The notes beneath the pieces were generated by a model. It saw only the letters and a list, made by a program, of their open reading frames with translations, made no database searches and had not been told where the DNA came from. Shown here piece by piece: positions 39,375-49,060 of a stretch of DNA of 64,000 nt (the first letter of the stretch is position 1; the number at the start of each line of letters is the position of its first letter). The translations under genes were made by a program, and so were the position numbers. The stretch is from an uncultured Anaerolineae bacterium (lineage in GTDB: Bacteria; Chloroflexota; Anaerolineae; Aggregatilineales; Ch27). The stretch lies in the NCBI GenBank assembly GCA_964529715.1, contig CAZGXI010000009.1, positions 20,349-84,348 on the forward strand, written 5' to 3'.

Positions 39375-40883
39375 ATGCGACGGATTTTTCACGTCGGGCT
39401 GATCCTGGCGGTTCTGCTGGCGGGCCTGGCGGTCGGGTTTCCGCTGCGCGCGCAGGAGCCAGAAGGCGAAGACGACTTCTTCGACAGTCACAGTGTTGAG
39501 GTTGTCTTGCCGGCGGTGGTGAGCTTTTACCTCAAGATGAACGTTCCCCGGCAAGACCTGGTGAGCGTGGCGCTGGCATTTACCCAGGGAAGCCGCGTGC
39601 TTTTCCGAGGTGAGGTTGATCTGGCAGAAACGACCCTGGTCGAGACGCCGTTCACTATCCTGCGCTATGACCACGCCATCAATCCCGCCGATCCGCCGAC
39701 TCTGTTTGAACCGGCAGCTTACCGGTGGGTGGCTATCGATTCGGGGGGAGAGAGTCATGAGGTTGAGGCTGAGTTCCTCTTCGAGGAAATGCCGCATACC
39801 TGGACTCATGCAGGCGAGCCGCCGCTGCGTTTCAGCCTGGCAGATTCCGGCCTGAACGCAGGCGTGGCCCGGCGCGCCATCTTGCCGGCTTACGATCTGC
39901 TGCGGCAGCACACCGGCCTGGAGCCGGACTTCAACTGGGCCATCTTTCCGAACGGGCACACGTTTTGCACCGAAGCACCGGATGAACTGGGGAATACGCC
40001 GGTTGTGGTCCGGGCGATCAGCAGCGGTGTTCTTTATCCCTGCCGCGAGGCCGACGGGCGGCGCATCTACGCCGAAAATGGCTATCGTGTCCTTGTGCGC
40101 GGCAGGACGCCGGGCCTGGTCCCGTTTGAAAACGAACTGATCGCGGATATGACGGCTGTTTTCTATGATCAGTATTGGCAGGGCAGGGCTGTTCCTGCCT
40201 GGTTCCGCTCTGGGCTGGCTCAGCTTTACGCCCTGACCTCGAATCCGCTGGCTCTGCGCCAGATGCAAAGCGCCGCCCGCGCCGACCAACTCTTCAGCGC
40301 CGCGCGCCTGGATTCCATCCCCGAACAGCCAGATCGTCGCATGGCCTGGGAGCAGCAGGCGTACACGATGGCGCTTTACCTGGCAGACGCTTATGGAGCC
40401 GATGCGCCGTTTGCCCTGGCCCGCGCCGTCCCTACCGATGGCTTTCAGGCAGTGTTTGCCGACCTGACCGGAGGTGGCCTGGATGATTTCCTTACGGCCT
40501 GGGAACGGTGGCTGTTCACCGCCGAGGCCGAGCGCGCTGTTAGCTGGACGGTCTATACACCCACCACGCCGACGCCGCCTCCAACCGCTACGGCGACGCC
40601 TCTTCCCCCGACGCCGACGGACACACCGACCGCCACCAACACGCCGTTACCCTCTCCTACACCGACGGCGACCAGCGTGATCGTGCAGTTCCCATCGCCG
40701 CTGCCGACATACACCGCTACCAGGGTAGTAGTCGCCGTGCCGACGAATACGCCGCGTCCGCCCGGCAGCCTGGATCAGCCGCAGGGCGGCGGTGGAAGTG
40801 GGGGATGCTTCGCAGCGCCGGCGGCGCTGCTACTGCCCGTCGCAGCACTGACGGTCGTACAATACCGGAAACAGCGCCGATGA
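39375..40883 (+). CDS. secreted paralog-like protein lacking HExxH, with Pro/Thr linker and C-terminal Gly-rich/TM/basic tail
   Basis: Signal peptide. ADMTAVFYDQYWQGRAVPAWFRSGLAQLY occupies the position of the HExxH...EGxAE region. Ends GGGGSGGCFAAPAALLLPVAALTVVQYRKQRR. ATG at 39375 (GTG at 39366 also possible). Confidence 0.55.
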   Translation: MRRIFHVGLILAVLLAGLAVGFPLRAQEPEGEDDFFDSHSVEVVLPAVVSFYLKMNVPRQDLVSVALAFTQGSRVLFRGEVDLAETTLVETPFTILRYDHAINPADPPTLFEPAAYRWVAIDSGGESHEVEAEFLFEEMPHTWTHAGEPPLRFSLADSGLNAGVARRAILPAYDLLRQHTGLEPDFNWAIFPNGHTFCTEAPDELGNTPVVVRAISSGVLYPCREADGRRIYAENGYRVLVRGRTPGLVPFENELIADMTAVFYDQYWQGRAVPAWFRSGLAQLYALTSNPLALRQMQSAARADQLFSAARLDSIPEQPDRRMAWEQQAYTMALYLADAYGADAPFALARAVPTDGFQAVFADLTGGGLDDFLTAWERWLFTAEAERAVSWTVYTPTTPTPPPTATATPLPPTPTDTPTATNTPLPSPTPTATSVIVQFPSPLPTYTATRVVVAVPTNTPRPPGSLDQPQGGGGSGGCFAAPAALLLPVAALTVVQYRKQRR

Positions 40884-41968
40884 TCGACCTCTATGACCTC
40901 ACGTTAGATGCCCTGACTGCGCTGTTGGCCGAATGGGGACAGCCCGCTTATCGCGCCCGCCAGCTTTGGGACTGGCTGTATGTGCAGAAAGTCACCGACG
41001 TTGCCGCCATGACCAACCTGCCGAAGGGACTGCGGGAACGTCTGGCTGCCGAGACGCGCATCACATGCCTGGAGGTTGTGCGCGAGTTGGTTTCCTCAGA
41101 CGGCGAAACGGTCAAGTGGCTCTTTCGCCTGCCGGATGGCCAACTGATCGAAAGCGTGCTGATGGAATATGACGACGGGCGACGCACGGCCTGTGTCAGC
41201 ACGCAGGCGGGCTGTGCGATGGGCTGCGTGTTCTGCGCCACTGGGCAGATGGGCTTTGCTCGCCATCTGTCCGCCGGGGAGATCGTGGAACAGGCGGTGT
41301 ATCTGGCGCGCTGGCTGGAGGCGCGCGGCGAACGCCTGAGCAATGTGGTGCTGATGGGCATGGGCGAGCCGTTCCACAACTACGAAGCAACCCTAGCCGC
41401 CATTCACCGCTTGAACGATGCTGCCGGGCTGAACATCGGCCAACGGCATATCACCGTGAGCACGGTCGGACTGGTGCCCATGATCCGCCGCTTTGCCGAC
41501 GAGGGATTGCAGGTCAAGCTGGCGATCAGCCTGCACGCTGCTACTGACGAGGAGCGGTCGGCGCTGCTGCCGGTGAACAAACGCTGGCCGCTTGCCGAGC
41601 TGATGGACGCCTGCCGCTATTATGTGGAAAAGTCCGGGCGGCGCATGACGTTTGAGTGGGCGCTGATTCAGGGGGAGAATGACACGGCAGAACAGGCGCA
41701 CGCGCTGGGATCGCTGCTGCACGGGCTGCAAGGTCACGTCAACCTGATCCCGCTCAACCCGACCGGCGGCTACCTGGGGAAATCCTCCAACAGGCGGCGC
41801 GTTGAGGCGTTCCGGGCGGTGCTAGAAAGCTATGGGGTGACGAGCACCGTCCGTGTGCGACGGGGCATCGACATCAATGCCGGGTGCGGCCAGTTGAAGT
41901 CCGAGGTGCTCCGGCTGGATCAGACGACCGGGCGACAGACGGACATCGCGCCGGAGCAGAACAACTAG
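40880..41968 (+). CDS. rlmN: 23S rRNA/tRNA adenine-C2 methyltransferase, radical SAM
   Basis: CVSTQAGCAMGCVFCATG, GMGEPF, and CGQL near the C-terminus. ATG at 40880 forms an ATGA overlap with the upstream stop. Confidence 0.95.
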   Translation: MIDLYDLTLDALTALLAEWGQPAYRARQLWDWLYVQKVTDVAAMTNLPKGLRERLAAETRITCLEVVRELVSSDGETVKWLFRLPDGQLIESVLMEYDDGRRTACVSTQAGCAMGCVFCATGQMGFARHLSAGEIVEQAVYLARWLEARGERLSNVVLMGMGEPFHNYEATLAAIHRLNDAAGLNIGQRHITVSTVGLVPMIRRFADEGLQVKLAISLHAATDEERSALLPVNKRWPLAELMDACRYYVEKSGRRMTFEWALIQGENDTAEQAHALGSLLHGLQGHVNLIPLNPTGGYLGKSSNRRRVEAFRAVLESYGVTSTVRVRRGIDINAGCGQLKSEVLRLDQTTGRQTDIAPEQNN

Positions 41969-43449
41969 TAACTGTATTCGTCCTCCTCGCTGCCATCCCT
42001 GCCGCCGGTGTGCCGGGCGATGGCTGACAGTAGTTCTTCAGACAGGCGGCTCAACGTCTCCGCGACGGATTCGGCCATGCGCGTCGAGGCCAGGTTTTGC
42101 TGGGTGATCTCGTGAATGTTGCGCATGGATTGGGCGATTTGCTCCAGCCCCGTCGCCTGCTGATCGATAGCCGTCATGATCTGCCGCATGGCCTGCGTGG
42201 ACGCTGCCACACTCCCGCCAAGCTGAGTGATCACCTCGCCGGCCTGTCGGGAGAGGTCCATGCCCTCGTCTACCTGCTGATCGCCGGTTTGGGTTGCCCG
42301 GACGGTCTGTTTCATGGCTTCCTGAATTTCAGCCAGCAATCCCTGCACCTGGCTGGCGGCCATCTTGGACTGCTGGGCCAGCGTGCGTACTTCCTCCGCC
42401 ACAACGGCGAAGCCGCGCCCGTGCACCCCGGCACGTGCCGCTTCGATGCTGGCGTTCAGGGCCAGCAGGTTGCTCTGCGTAGCGATTTCGCTCACCGAGG
42501 CGATGATTTGGTCGATGCGCTCCATCTGTTCCGCCAGGGCCGCGATGTTGTGGGCGATGGCTGTGACCTGCGAACGGACCTGTGCCATGCCTTCGATCAC
42601 CTGCTGAATGGTTTGCTGCCCGCTTTCTGAAACCAGGGCCGTTTGTTCTGAGAGATCAGTCAGGTCGCGCGCCTGGGTGCGCACCCGATCTGCGAACTCC
42701 AGAAATTCCTTGAGCATGGCGACGGCCTGCGTGATCACGGCGGCCTGTTGTTCTGCGCCGCTGCTTTGCTGGCTGGTGACCAGGTGGATGGCCGAAGAAG
42801 CCCGCCCCACGCCGTCGGCGGTGGCGCTGATTTGCATCGCCAACGTGTCCAGTTCCCGGCTCTGACGGGCAATAGCCGTGTTGCGCGCCTGGGACTCGAT
42901 TTGCTCTGGCATAAACAGAATCAGCGCAATGTGCGCGACGGCAATAACGGCTTCTCCGGCCAGTAGTGCCTGCACCAACTGGCGAACGTTGATTTCAGGG
43001 TCGGCAGTGGCTAAAAGTATCGAAAGAAATGCGACGAGGACCTGGAAAGCGCCCCAGATAGCGCCCAGGGACGCTCCCCAGTAGTAGATCACCATCGCCG
43101 AGAGCGCTACGCCCAAGAAAAGGACGGTCATCCACCAGACCGGACGGGTGGCGAGCGATAGCATGGCCGCAGCCAGACTCAACGTCGCGCCGCCGATGGT
43201 TAGCCGGGGCGCGTACATGGCGTGTCGTCCCCTGGCGATCACTAGCCCGGTGATGCCGGCCGTCAGGGCCATTGTACCAACGACCAGCGCGCCCCAACCT
43301 GCACTGGTCACGACAGCCAGCAGGAGGCATAAGCTGCCCAGGGCGCATAGCCCCAGACTCAGCGGGTCGGTCGGATAGTTAAGCGAGAGACGCGCCACGC
43401 GCCGCCGCAGGCGGGAAATGATGTCCTGGCGAAGAGTCGGTTCATACAT
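41965..43449 (-). CDS. methyl-accepting chemotaxis protein-type transducer with polytopic N-terminus
   Basis: Signalling hairpin EIATQSNLLALNASIEAARAGVHGRGFAVVAEEVRTLAQQS. About 6 N-terminal TM helices. Confidence 0.85.
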   Translation of the reverse strand: MYEPTLRQDIISRLRRRVARLSLNYPTDPLSLGLCALGSLCLLLAVVTSAGWGALVVGTMALTAGITGLVIARGRHAMYAPRLTIGGATLSLAAAMLSLATRPVWWMTVLFLGVALSAMVIYYWGASLGAIWGAFQVLVAFLSILLATADPEINVRQLVQALLAGEAVIAVAHIALILFMPEQIESQARNTAIARQSRELDTLAMQISATADGVGRASSAIHLVTSQQSSGAEQQAAVITQAVAMLKEFLEFADRVRTQARDLTDLSEQTALVSESGQQTIQQVIEGMAQVRSQVTAIAHNIAALAEQMERIDQIIASVSEIATQSNLLALNASIEAARAGVHGRGFAVVAEEVRTLAQQSKMAASQVQGLLAEIQEAMKQTVRATQTGDQQVDEGMDLSRQAGEVITQLGGSVAASTQAMRQIMTAIDQQATGLEQIAQSMRNIHEITQQNLASTRMAESVAETLSRLSEELLSAIARHTGGRDGSEEDEYSY

Positions 43450-43488
43450 GGGAAGAGCGCAGCCCTTTGCAGGTCTAGTCCTTTCATT

Positions 43489-45480
43489 TTACGGGATTGG
43501 GCCGACGGTGGTGCCTGCCATCGGCGTTAACGCAACGTTGGGAGACCAGTTCCCGGCGCGGTCCACTGCCCACACAGCAAATTCATACGTCCGCCCGGTT
43601 TCCCCTGTGTACTGCGAGAAGGTTCGGTCGGTTTCCAGCCAGGTCTGCCACGCGCCGCCATCGACGCGCACCCACACCACATAGCGGGCAATACCAGAAA
43701 CATCTTCTGCTCCCCAGCGCACTTCAAACACGGGTGGACTCTGCGCCGGGAGCGGCTGCATGGCCGGGATGGGCGGCGTCAAGTCAGAAGCGATGTCTGC
43801 CGTCGATCCTGGCTGCGGTAATGACGGTGACATCGTCGCCGACGGTTCTATACCCGGATCGGCGGCGTTCAGCGCGTGGCCGGGATCGTACTCGATCAGG
43901 ATGGACGGCGGTCCGCCGATAGGATAGCGGTCGCCGGGACGCAGGTAAGGGGAATTCTGATTGGTCGCTGGAGGCAGCGTTAGACGGTATACCCCGTTTT
44001 CGGCCCATAAGACGCTTTCGGTGCCTGCCATGTCGAATAGTGCGGCCCAGCCGCCCGCCGCCGCGATTTCCACTTCGATGGGCTGACCAGTGCGATTCCA
44101 CAGCACATCGATCCGTTCGCGCGTGCCGGGACGATAAAACATGAGCCGCGCCGCCGCATTATCTGGCCCGGCCTGATCGGTTTCGGCAGCGGTTTCCACA
44201 GATTGAAAAGGGGCGCGCCCAAACACGCGCGCCAGCAACCGGTAAGCCAACGCCGAGGGGCGGGGTGTTCCGGCCTGGGGGTGCTGTCGGAAGCACGCCG
44301 CCTGAGCCGGGTTACGGTACAGGCCGTAGGCATCCCCCCAGCATTGAAAGTCACCCACACAGAGTTCCCCCCCGTGCGGCGCGAAATCGGTGCCAATGGC
44401 CTGGTTGCCGCAGTCGTCGTAAAGCTGATGGTGGAAGACCACCTCCGCGCCCGCCGACCATGCCAGCGTCGCGTTTTGGATGACGAACGCTGCCTGCTCT
44501 TCCATGTTGGCGCGCAGCACACGCTCTTCGGGCGTATCTACCCACACCGGACCCGGATAATCGTCCCACACTGGCACGCCGCTTTCGTTTAGCCAGATTG
44601 GGTGCTGGCCTGCCCCGACTTCACGCAGCCGATCTTGCACCCAATTGACGATGAATGCAGCGCGTTCGGCGTAAGAGTAGTTATGCACGCCTACCAGGTC
44701 GAAGTAGAAGTTGTAGCGGCGGTGGTCAGCATCCTGGGTGATCAATCGCAAGAATTGCGCAAAGCGGTCGTCGGTCTCCGGGTGAGTGTAGGCCAGCCCG
44801 CCGAACATCACCTGCGCTTCTGGATCGGTCTGGTGTATCACCAGGTAGGCTACCTTGAGCAGCCGCACATAGTCTTCCAGGGGGGCATTCCAGAAAAACG
44901 AGAAGTCCGGCTCGTTCCAGATTTCCCACACCCGGATTCCTCGATCTGATGGCCAGCCAAGTGAGCGGGCCAGGTCGCCGCCGGGACGGTAGCGCGCCAC
45001 GACGCGCGCCACAAAGTCGGCCCAGAGATTGCGCGGGTTGATCGCTTTGTTTGGACCGGGAGCGTCCGTGCCGTCGGCGAAAATCGGCGCATACAGCCCG
45101 GCGATGCTTTGTCCGTCTGTGCGGAAGTTCGGGCGGCCCAGCAGGATCGCGTCGATCTGGAAGCCGTGTTCCAGATCAGCCCGGATCACTGCGTCGTAAG
45201 CATCCCATACAAAACTGCCCGGTGCGCGTTCGACCTCGTGCCAGTACAGCGGCCAGCGGTTCCAACCTGCACCCGTGCGCAGCGCAAGCTGGTAGCGGGC
45301 TTCGTCGGCGGGCTGCTGCGCCGAACTGATAAACGTCAATCCCAGGCGGCTGACGAGGAGCACGCTGTCGGTGTCGGTTTGTGCGTGGACCGTTTCCGAA
45401 TCCAAAGATGCGCTGCCCGATCCGATCAGGGCCGCGAGCAGGATCAGTGGAATCAGCCGTCGGAGGGTGAACATCTGCAT
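43489..45480 (-). CDS. secreted clan GH-A glycoside hydrolase-like protein with C-terminal FN3-like domain
   Basis: Signal peptide from MQMFTLRRLIPLILLAAL (ATG at 45480). Catalytic-acid-type motif WEIWNEPD. FN3-like YEFAVWAVDRAGNWSP. Confidence 0.65.
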   Translation of the reverse strand: MQMFTLRRLIPLILLAALIGSGSASLDSETVHAQTDTDSVLLVSRLGLTFISSAQQPADEARYQLALRTGAGWNRWPLYWHEVERAPGSFVWDAYDAVIRADLEHGFQIDAILLGRPNFRTDGQSIAGLYAPIFADGTDAPGPNKAINPRNLWADFVARVVARYRPGGDLARSLGWPSDRGIRVWEIWNEPDFSFFWNAPLEDYVRLLKVAYLVIHQTDPEAQVMFGGLAYTHPETDDRFAQFLRLITQDADHRRYNFYFDLVGVHNYSYAERAAFIVNWVQDRLREVGAGQHPIWLNESGVPVWDDYPGPVWVDTPEERVLRANMEEQAAFVIQNATLAWSAGAEVVFHHQLYDDCGNQAIGTDFAPHGGELCVGDFQCWGDAYGLYRNPAQAACFRQHPQAGTPRPSALAYRLLARVFGRAPFQSVETAAETDQAGPDNAAARLMFYRPGTRERIDVLWNRTGQPIEVEIAAAGGWAALFDMAGTESVLWAENGVYRLTLPPATNQNSPYLRPGDRYPIGGPPSILIEYDPGHALNAADPGIEPSATMSPSLPQPGSTADIASDLTPPIPAMQPLPAQSPPVFEVRWGAEDVSGIARYVVWVRVDGGAWQTWLETDRTFSQYTGETGRTYEFAVWAVDRAGNWSPNVALTPMAGTTVGPIP

Positions 45481-45559
45481 GACGCTTGCTCCCGGCTGCA
45501 TTATAGCACTGACAGCGTTTGCCTGCGTTTGAGCTGTGCATCGCGCCGGGCAGTCCACT

Positions 45560-45588
45560 TTGATCCTCGCCTGTGCGGGTGTTACAAT
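45560..45588 (+). promoter_or_regulatory. candidate recF promoter (-35 TTGATC, 17 nt spacer, -10 TACAAT)
   Basis: Hexamers at 45560-45565 and 45583-45588, about 40 nt upstream of the recF ATG. Confidence 0.45.
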
Positions 45589-45627
45589 CCAGGGCTGCGT
45601 ATCGGTCAGGCGTCGTCATGATGGCGT

Positions 45628-46830
45628 ATGTATATCGAGCACCTGTCGCTGGTCAACTTTCGTATGTTTGCCCGGTTGGAGCTGCCTTTGCCGGAGGGAA
45701 CGGTGTTGCTGCACGGCGCCAACGCCCAGGGCAAGACCAGCTTGCTCGAAGCGATCTACTACCTGGCGACTTCTACCTCGCCGTACACGACTGCCGATTG
45801 GCAACTGATTAACTGGCGCGCTGAGAGCGATGTTATTCCCTTCACGCGCCTCAGCGCCGATGTGGTGACTCGCCGCAGCCCGCTGAACCGGATCGAAGTT
45901 ACTCTCGTGCGGGAGCGCAATGGCACTGACCAGCGCACCCGTAAGGACCTGCGGCTGAATGGCGTGACGCGGCGGGTGATGGACCTGATCGGACAGGTGG
46001 CGGTGGTGCTCTTTTTGCCACAGGACCTGAGCCTGGTCGAAGGTTCGCCCGCCGAAAGACGGCGTTACCTCAACGCTGCTCTCTGCCAGACGGATGCGCA
46101 GTATGGCGAGGCGTTGGCGACTTACGAAAAACTGTTGCCGCAGCGGAACGCGCTGCTCCGCCGCATCGCCGAAGGACAGGGCGTCCCGGACGAACTGGCC
46201 TTTTGGGACATGCAGTTGGCCGAGCACGGCGCGAAGCTGATCGCTGCGCGTCAGCGCCTCTTGCGCGACCTGGAAGGGCTGGCCCAGCAGGCGCACCTGG
46301 ACCTGACCGGTAAGGCCGAGGTGTTGGAAGTAGCCTACCTGCCCAGCTTCACGCCGACGGCGGAGGGCGACGGGCAGTTATCCTTCAATACGCCTGGCCT
46401 GGACCTGCATTGTGACCTTGACCCGGCGGAGATTGCGCCACAGTTTTTGGCGGCGCTAGAAGCGAGCCGTGCGGAACACGTCGAACGCGGTGCAACCCTG
46501 ATCGGCCCGCACCGGGATGAGGTGCGCCTGCAAATCAACCGCCGCGATGTGGGGCTATATGGCTCACGCGGGCAGGCGCGCACAGCGGTGCTTTCGCTCA
46601 AGCTGGCGGAACTGGCCTGGATGAAGCAGGCTATCGGTGAGTGGCCGATCTTGCTGATGGACGAGGTGATCGCCGAACTGGACTCCACGCGCCGCGCCTA
46701 CCTGCTGGAGCGGATCGACGGCGCGACTCAGACGCTGCTTACCACTACCGACCCGAACGTATTCACGGCGTCCTTTTTGCAGCGCGCCGCCGTGTGGCGT
46801 GTGGTGAACGGGCAGGTGATGGCCGATTAG
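45628..46830 (+). CDS. recF: DNA replication/repair protein RecF
   Basis: MYIEHLSLVNFR...GANAQGKTSLLEAIY, signature-like GSRGQARTAVLSLKLAE, Walker B LLMDEV. Confidence 0.9.
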   Translation: MYIEHLSLVNFRMFARLELPLPEGTVLLHGANAQGKTSLLEAIYYLATSTSPYTTADWQLINWRAESDVIPFTRLSADVVTRRSPLNRIEVTLVRERNGTDQRTRKDLRLNGVTRRVMDLIGQVAVVLFLPQDLSLVEGSPAERRRYLNAALCQTDAQYGEALATYEKLLPQRNALLRRIAEGQGVPDELAFWDMQLAEHGAKLIAARQRLLRDLEGLAQQAHLDLTGKAEVLEVAYLPSFTPTAEGDGQLSFNTPGLDLHCDLDPAEIAPQFLAALEASRAEHVERGATLIGPHRDEVRLQINRRDVGLYGSRGQARTAVLSLKLAELAWMKQAIGEWPILLMDEVIAELDSTRRAYLLERIDGATQTLLTTTDPNVFTASFLQRAAVWRVVNGQVMAD

Positions 46831-47657
46831 TAGGAGTGCCCGTTGGTGTGCCGCCGGTACGCCACAAAGCTCGCTTCCGCGTTCAGTTGCAGGCCGCGTT
46901 CCTCGCAGTAGCGGACGTAATGGTAGAAGTGGAATTGGGCCGTTTCCAGTTCGTAGGCGAAGACGCGCGCCGCGATGCCGCTATCCCAGAAGCCCGTCTC
47001 GCGCCAGATGCGCAGCGTTTGCTCCCGGTCATACGGGACACGGCGGAGGTTTACATCCCATGCCTGCCCGTTCCATTCGAGCAGGGCGTATTGCGCTCCT
47101 GGATGATCGAATGGCGCGCCAACCGACCCGGCATTGATCACGTGGTAACTGCCGACATGACGATTCATGGCGTAGTGCGTGTGTCCGCTGACCACGACTG
47201 GATAGGGTGTTCCGGCCAGGATGTCAAGGATTTTCTCGTCGCTATCGTGTGGATTCAATCCCTCGTAAGTCTGGCGCGGGCTGCCGTGTACGACCAGGAT
47301 CGGGAGCGCGCCCGGCACTTCGAGGATGTGCTGAAACGGCAGCGCAGCCATCCAGGCGATCCACTGTGCGCCTAGACTCTCAATCACCATCCGCGTGGGA
47401 TTCCACCAGCCATCGTGCCAGTTGTCGGGCACGTTTCCCTGTGCACACTGCACCTGGAACTCCTCGTGGTTGCCCATTATCACTGGCCAGCCTGTCGCAG
47501 TGACGGTTTCAAGCACCTCGCGGCTCTGTGGCCCGCGCCCGACCAGATCGCCCGCCACAATCACCTGGTCCGGCGCTGCGCGTCGGATGTCGGTCAGGAC
47601 GGCTTCCAGCGCGGGGATATTGCCATGAATATCGGAGAGAATGGCTGCCCTGAACAT
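46827..47657 (-). CDS. metallophosphoesterase (calcineurin-like, YfcE/MJ0936-type)
   Basis: SDIHGN, AGDLVGRG, GNHE, GHTH. ATG at 47657; the ORF-track TTG at 47675 is an alternative. Confidence 0.8.
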   Translation of the reverse strand: MFRAAILSDIHGNIPALEAVLTDIRRAAPDQVIVAGDLVGRGPQSREVLETVTATGWPVIMGNHEEFQVQCAQGNVPDNWHDGWWNPTRMVIESLGAQWIAWMAALPFQHILEVPGALPILVVHGSPRQTYEGLNPHDSDEKILDILAGTPYPVVVSGHTHYAMNRHVGSYHVINAGSVGAPFDHPGAQYALLEWNGQAWDVNLRRVPYDREQTLRIWRETGFWDSGIAARVFAYELETAQFHFYHYVRYCEERGLQLNAEASFVAYRRHTNGHSY

Positions 47658-47671
47658 GGATGGCCCTGCTT

Positions 47672-48022
47672 TCAAAGACTGATGACTTTATCGGCCATCC
47701 ACAGGGCCGAGAGGATGTCGCCCATGCCGCCGATGACGCCGACGCGGACCTGTTCCGCCAGACCGAAGGTATCCAGACAGGTCTTGCAGATAACGAGTTC
47801 GACGCCTCGCGCTTCTAATGCCCGGAGTTCGGCCAGCACGGGTGACCCTTCGCAGACGAGCTTCACCCCGTCGGTATAGAAGCAGATTACTCTGGGCAGA
47901 TCGCCCGACTCGTTGAGCAGGCGCAGGAACATCCCCGCCAGTTTTTCTTTGAGCGGCTGGTTGGTCGTTTCGCCCATGCCATAGCTCTTGAAAACAATGA
48001 CCGTGGCCTTTTGATTGCTCAT
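47672..48022 (-). CDS. DsrE/DsrF-like family protein (YedF C-terminal-domain-like)
   Basis: 116 aa. VIVFKSYGMG...VICFYTDGVKL...VELVICKTCLD. Its ATG shares one base with the deoC stop (TGATG). Confidence 0.6.
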   Translation of the reverse strand: MSNQKATVIVFKSYGMGETTNQPLKEKLAGMFLRLLNESGDLPRVICFYTDGVKLVCEGSPVLAELRALEARGVELVICKTCLDTFGLAEQVRVGVIGGMGDILSALWMADKVISL

Positions 48023-48831
48023 CAGTATCCTTTCTGTGGGGGATCGACCGTCTCGCCGCGCGCTTCACGCACGATGCGCACACCCGCGCTGGCCCCGATG
48101 CGTGTCGCCCCGGCGACAATCATCGCCTGCGCGTCAGCATATGTGCGGATGCCGCCCGACGCCTTGACGCCCATCTCTGGGCCGACCACGCGGCGCATCA
48201 GCGCCACGTCTTGCGTCGTTGCGCCGCCGGAGCTAAAGCCTGTGCTGGTTTTGACAAAATCTGCCCCGGCTTGTTTGCTGATCAGGCAGGCGGCGATTTT
48301 CTCTTCATCGGTGAGCAGGCACGTTTCCAGGATGACTTTGCACAGCGCATTGCCTGCGTGTGCGGCATCCACAACGCCAGCGATGTCATCGTAAACGGAC
48401 TTCCAGGCTTTGGCCTTGAGCGCGCCAACGTTGATTACCATGTCTACCTCCGTCGCGCCGAGGGCGATGCAGCGCGACGACTCGTAGGCTTTGACTTCTG
48501 GCAGTGTCGCACCGAGCGGAAAGCCGATGGTCGCGCAGGCGGCCACTTCTGGTGTGTCCTGAAGTAATTGTGCGACCAAAGCGATGTAAGCCGCATTGAC
48601 GCACACCGACGCGAAGCGATACTCCTGCGCCTCAGCGCAAAGCCGGGTTATGTGATCGGCAGTTGCTTCTGGCTTGAGCAGTGTGTGGTCGATCAGGCGG
48701 GCAAGGGGTACATCTGGTTGTACAAAGGAGGCGTCTGGCGTTGCCAGCGCCGCCGACAGGTCTAGGGTCGCGCCGATGTCTTCGGCCACGCGGGTAATCA
48801 AGAGATCAACGGGAACGCTATTTGCTGACAT
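48022..48831 (-). CDS. deoC: deoxyribose-phosphate aldolase with about 45-aa N-terminal extension
   Basis: [40 protein letters not shown] (Schiff-base Lys), [11 protein letters not shown] at 48831 with a GAGGG RBS. Confidence 0.85.
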   Translation of the reverse strand: MSANSVPVDLLITRVAEDIGATLDLSAALATPDASFVQPDVPLARLIDHTLLKPEATADHITRLCAEAQEYRFASVCVNAAYIALVAQLLQDTPEVAACATIGFPLGATLPEVKAYESSRCIALGATEVDMVINVGALKAKAWKSVYDDIAGVVDAAHAGNALCKVILETCLLTDEEKIAACLISKQAGADFVKTSTGFSSGGATTQDVALMRRVVGPEMGVKASGGIRTYADAQAMIVAGATRIGASAGVRIVREARGETVDPPQKGY

Positions 48832-49060
48832 TATCGCCCTCGTCTTGGGGTAATTACCAGACCCGGCATATCGGCGAGCGGGATTATAGGCCCTGCCGCG
48901 ATCTCCGGCAAGACCGTTTGGGTGTTGTGAAGGCAAGAAGTTGGCAGGATAGGCGCATCCGTGTTAGTCTTGCTGCGCCAACGCGCCGGGGATTATATGC
49001 TGGACGCGGGGCATGAGGGCTGAAGCCCTAAGTCGTGGTTTAACGAGGATTGACCGGGAT

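Noticed and set aside
40555-40700. Repetitive ACGCCGAC/CCGAC-rich DNA that might be taken for a tandem repeat or CRISPR-like array
   Set aside because: It is in frame within 39375..40883 and encodes a Pro/Thr linker (TPTPPPTATATPLPPTPTDTPTATNTPLPSPTPTAT). It has no spacer/repeat periodicity. Similar linkers occur at about 36650-36720 and 54780-54960.
41965-43449. MCP as a marker of a chemotaxis locus
   Set aside because: No cheA/W/Y/R/B or flagellar genes are in the window. It is a lone transducer-type protein, so no system-level claim is made.
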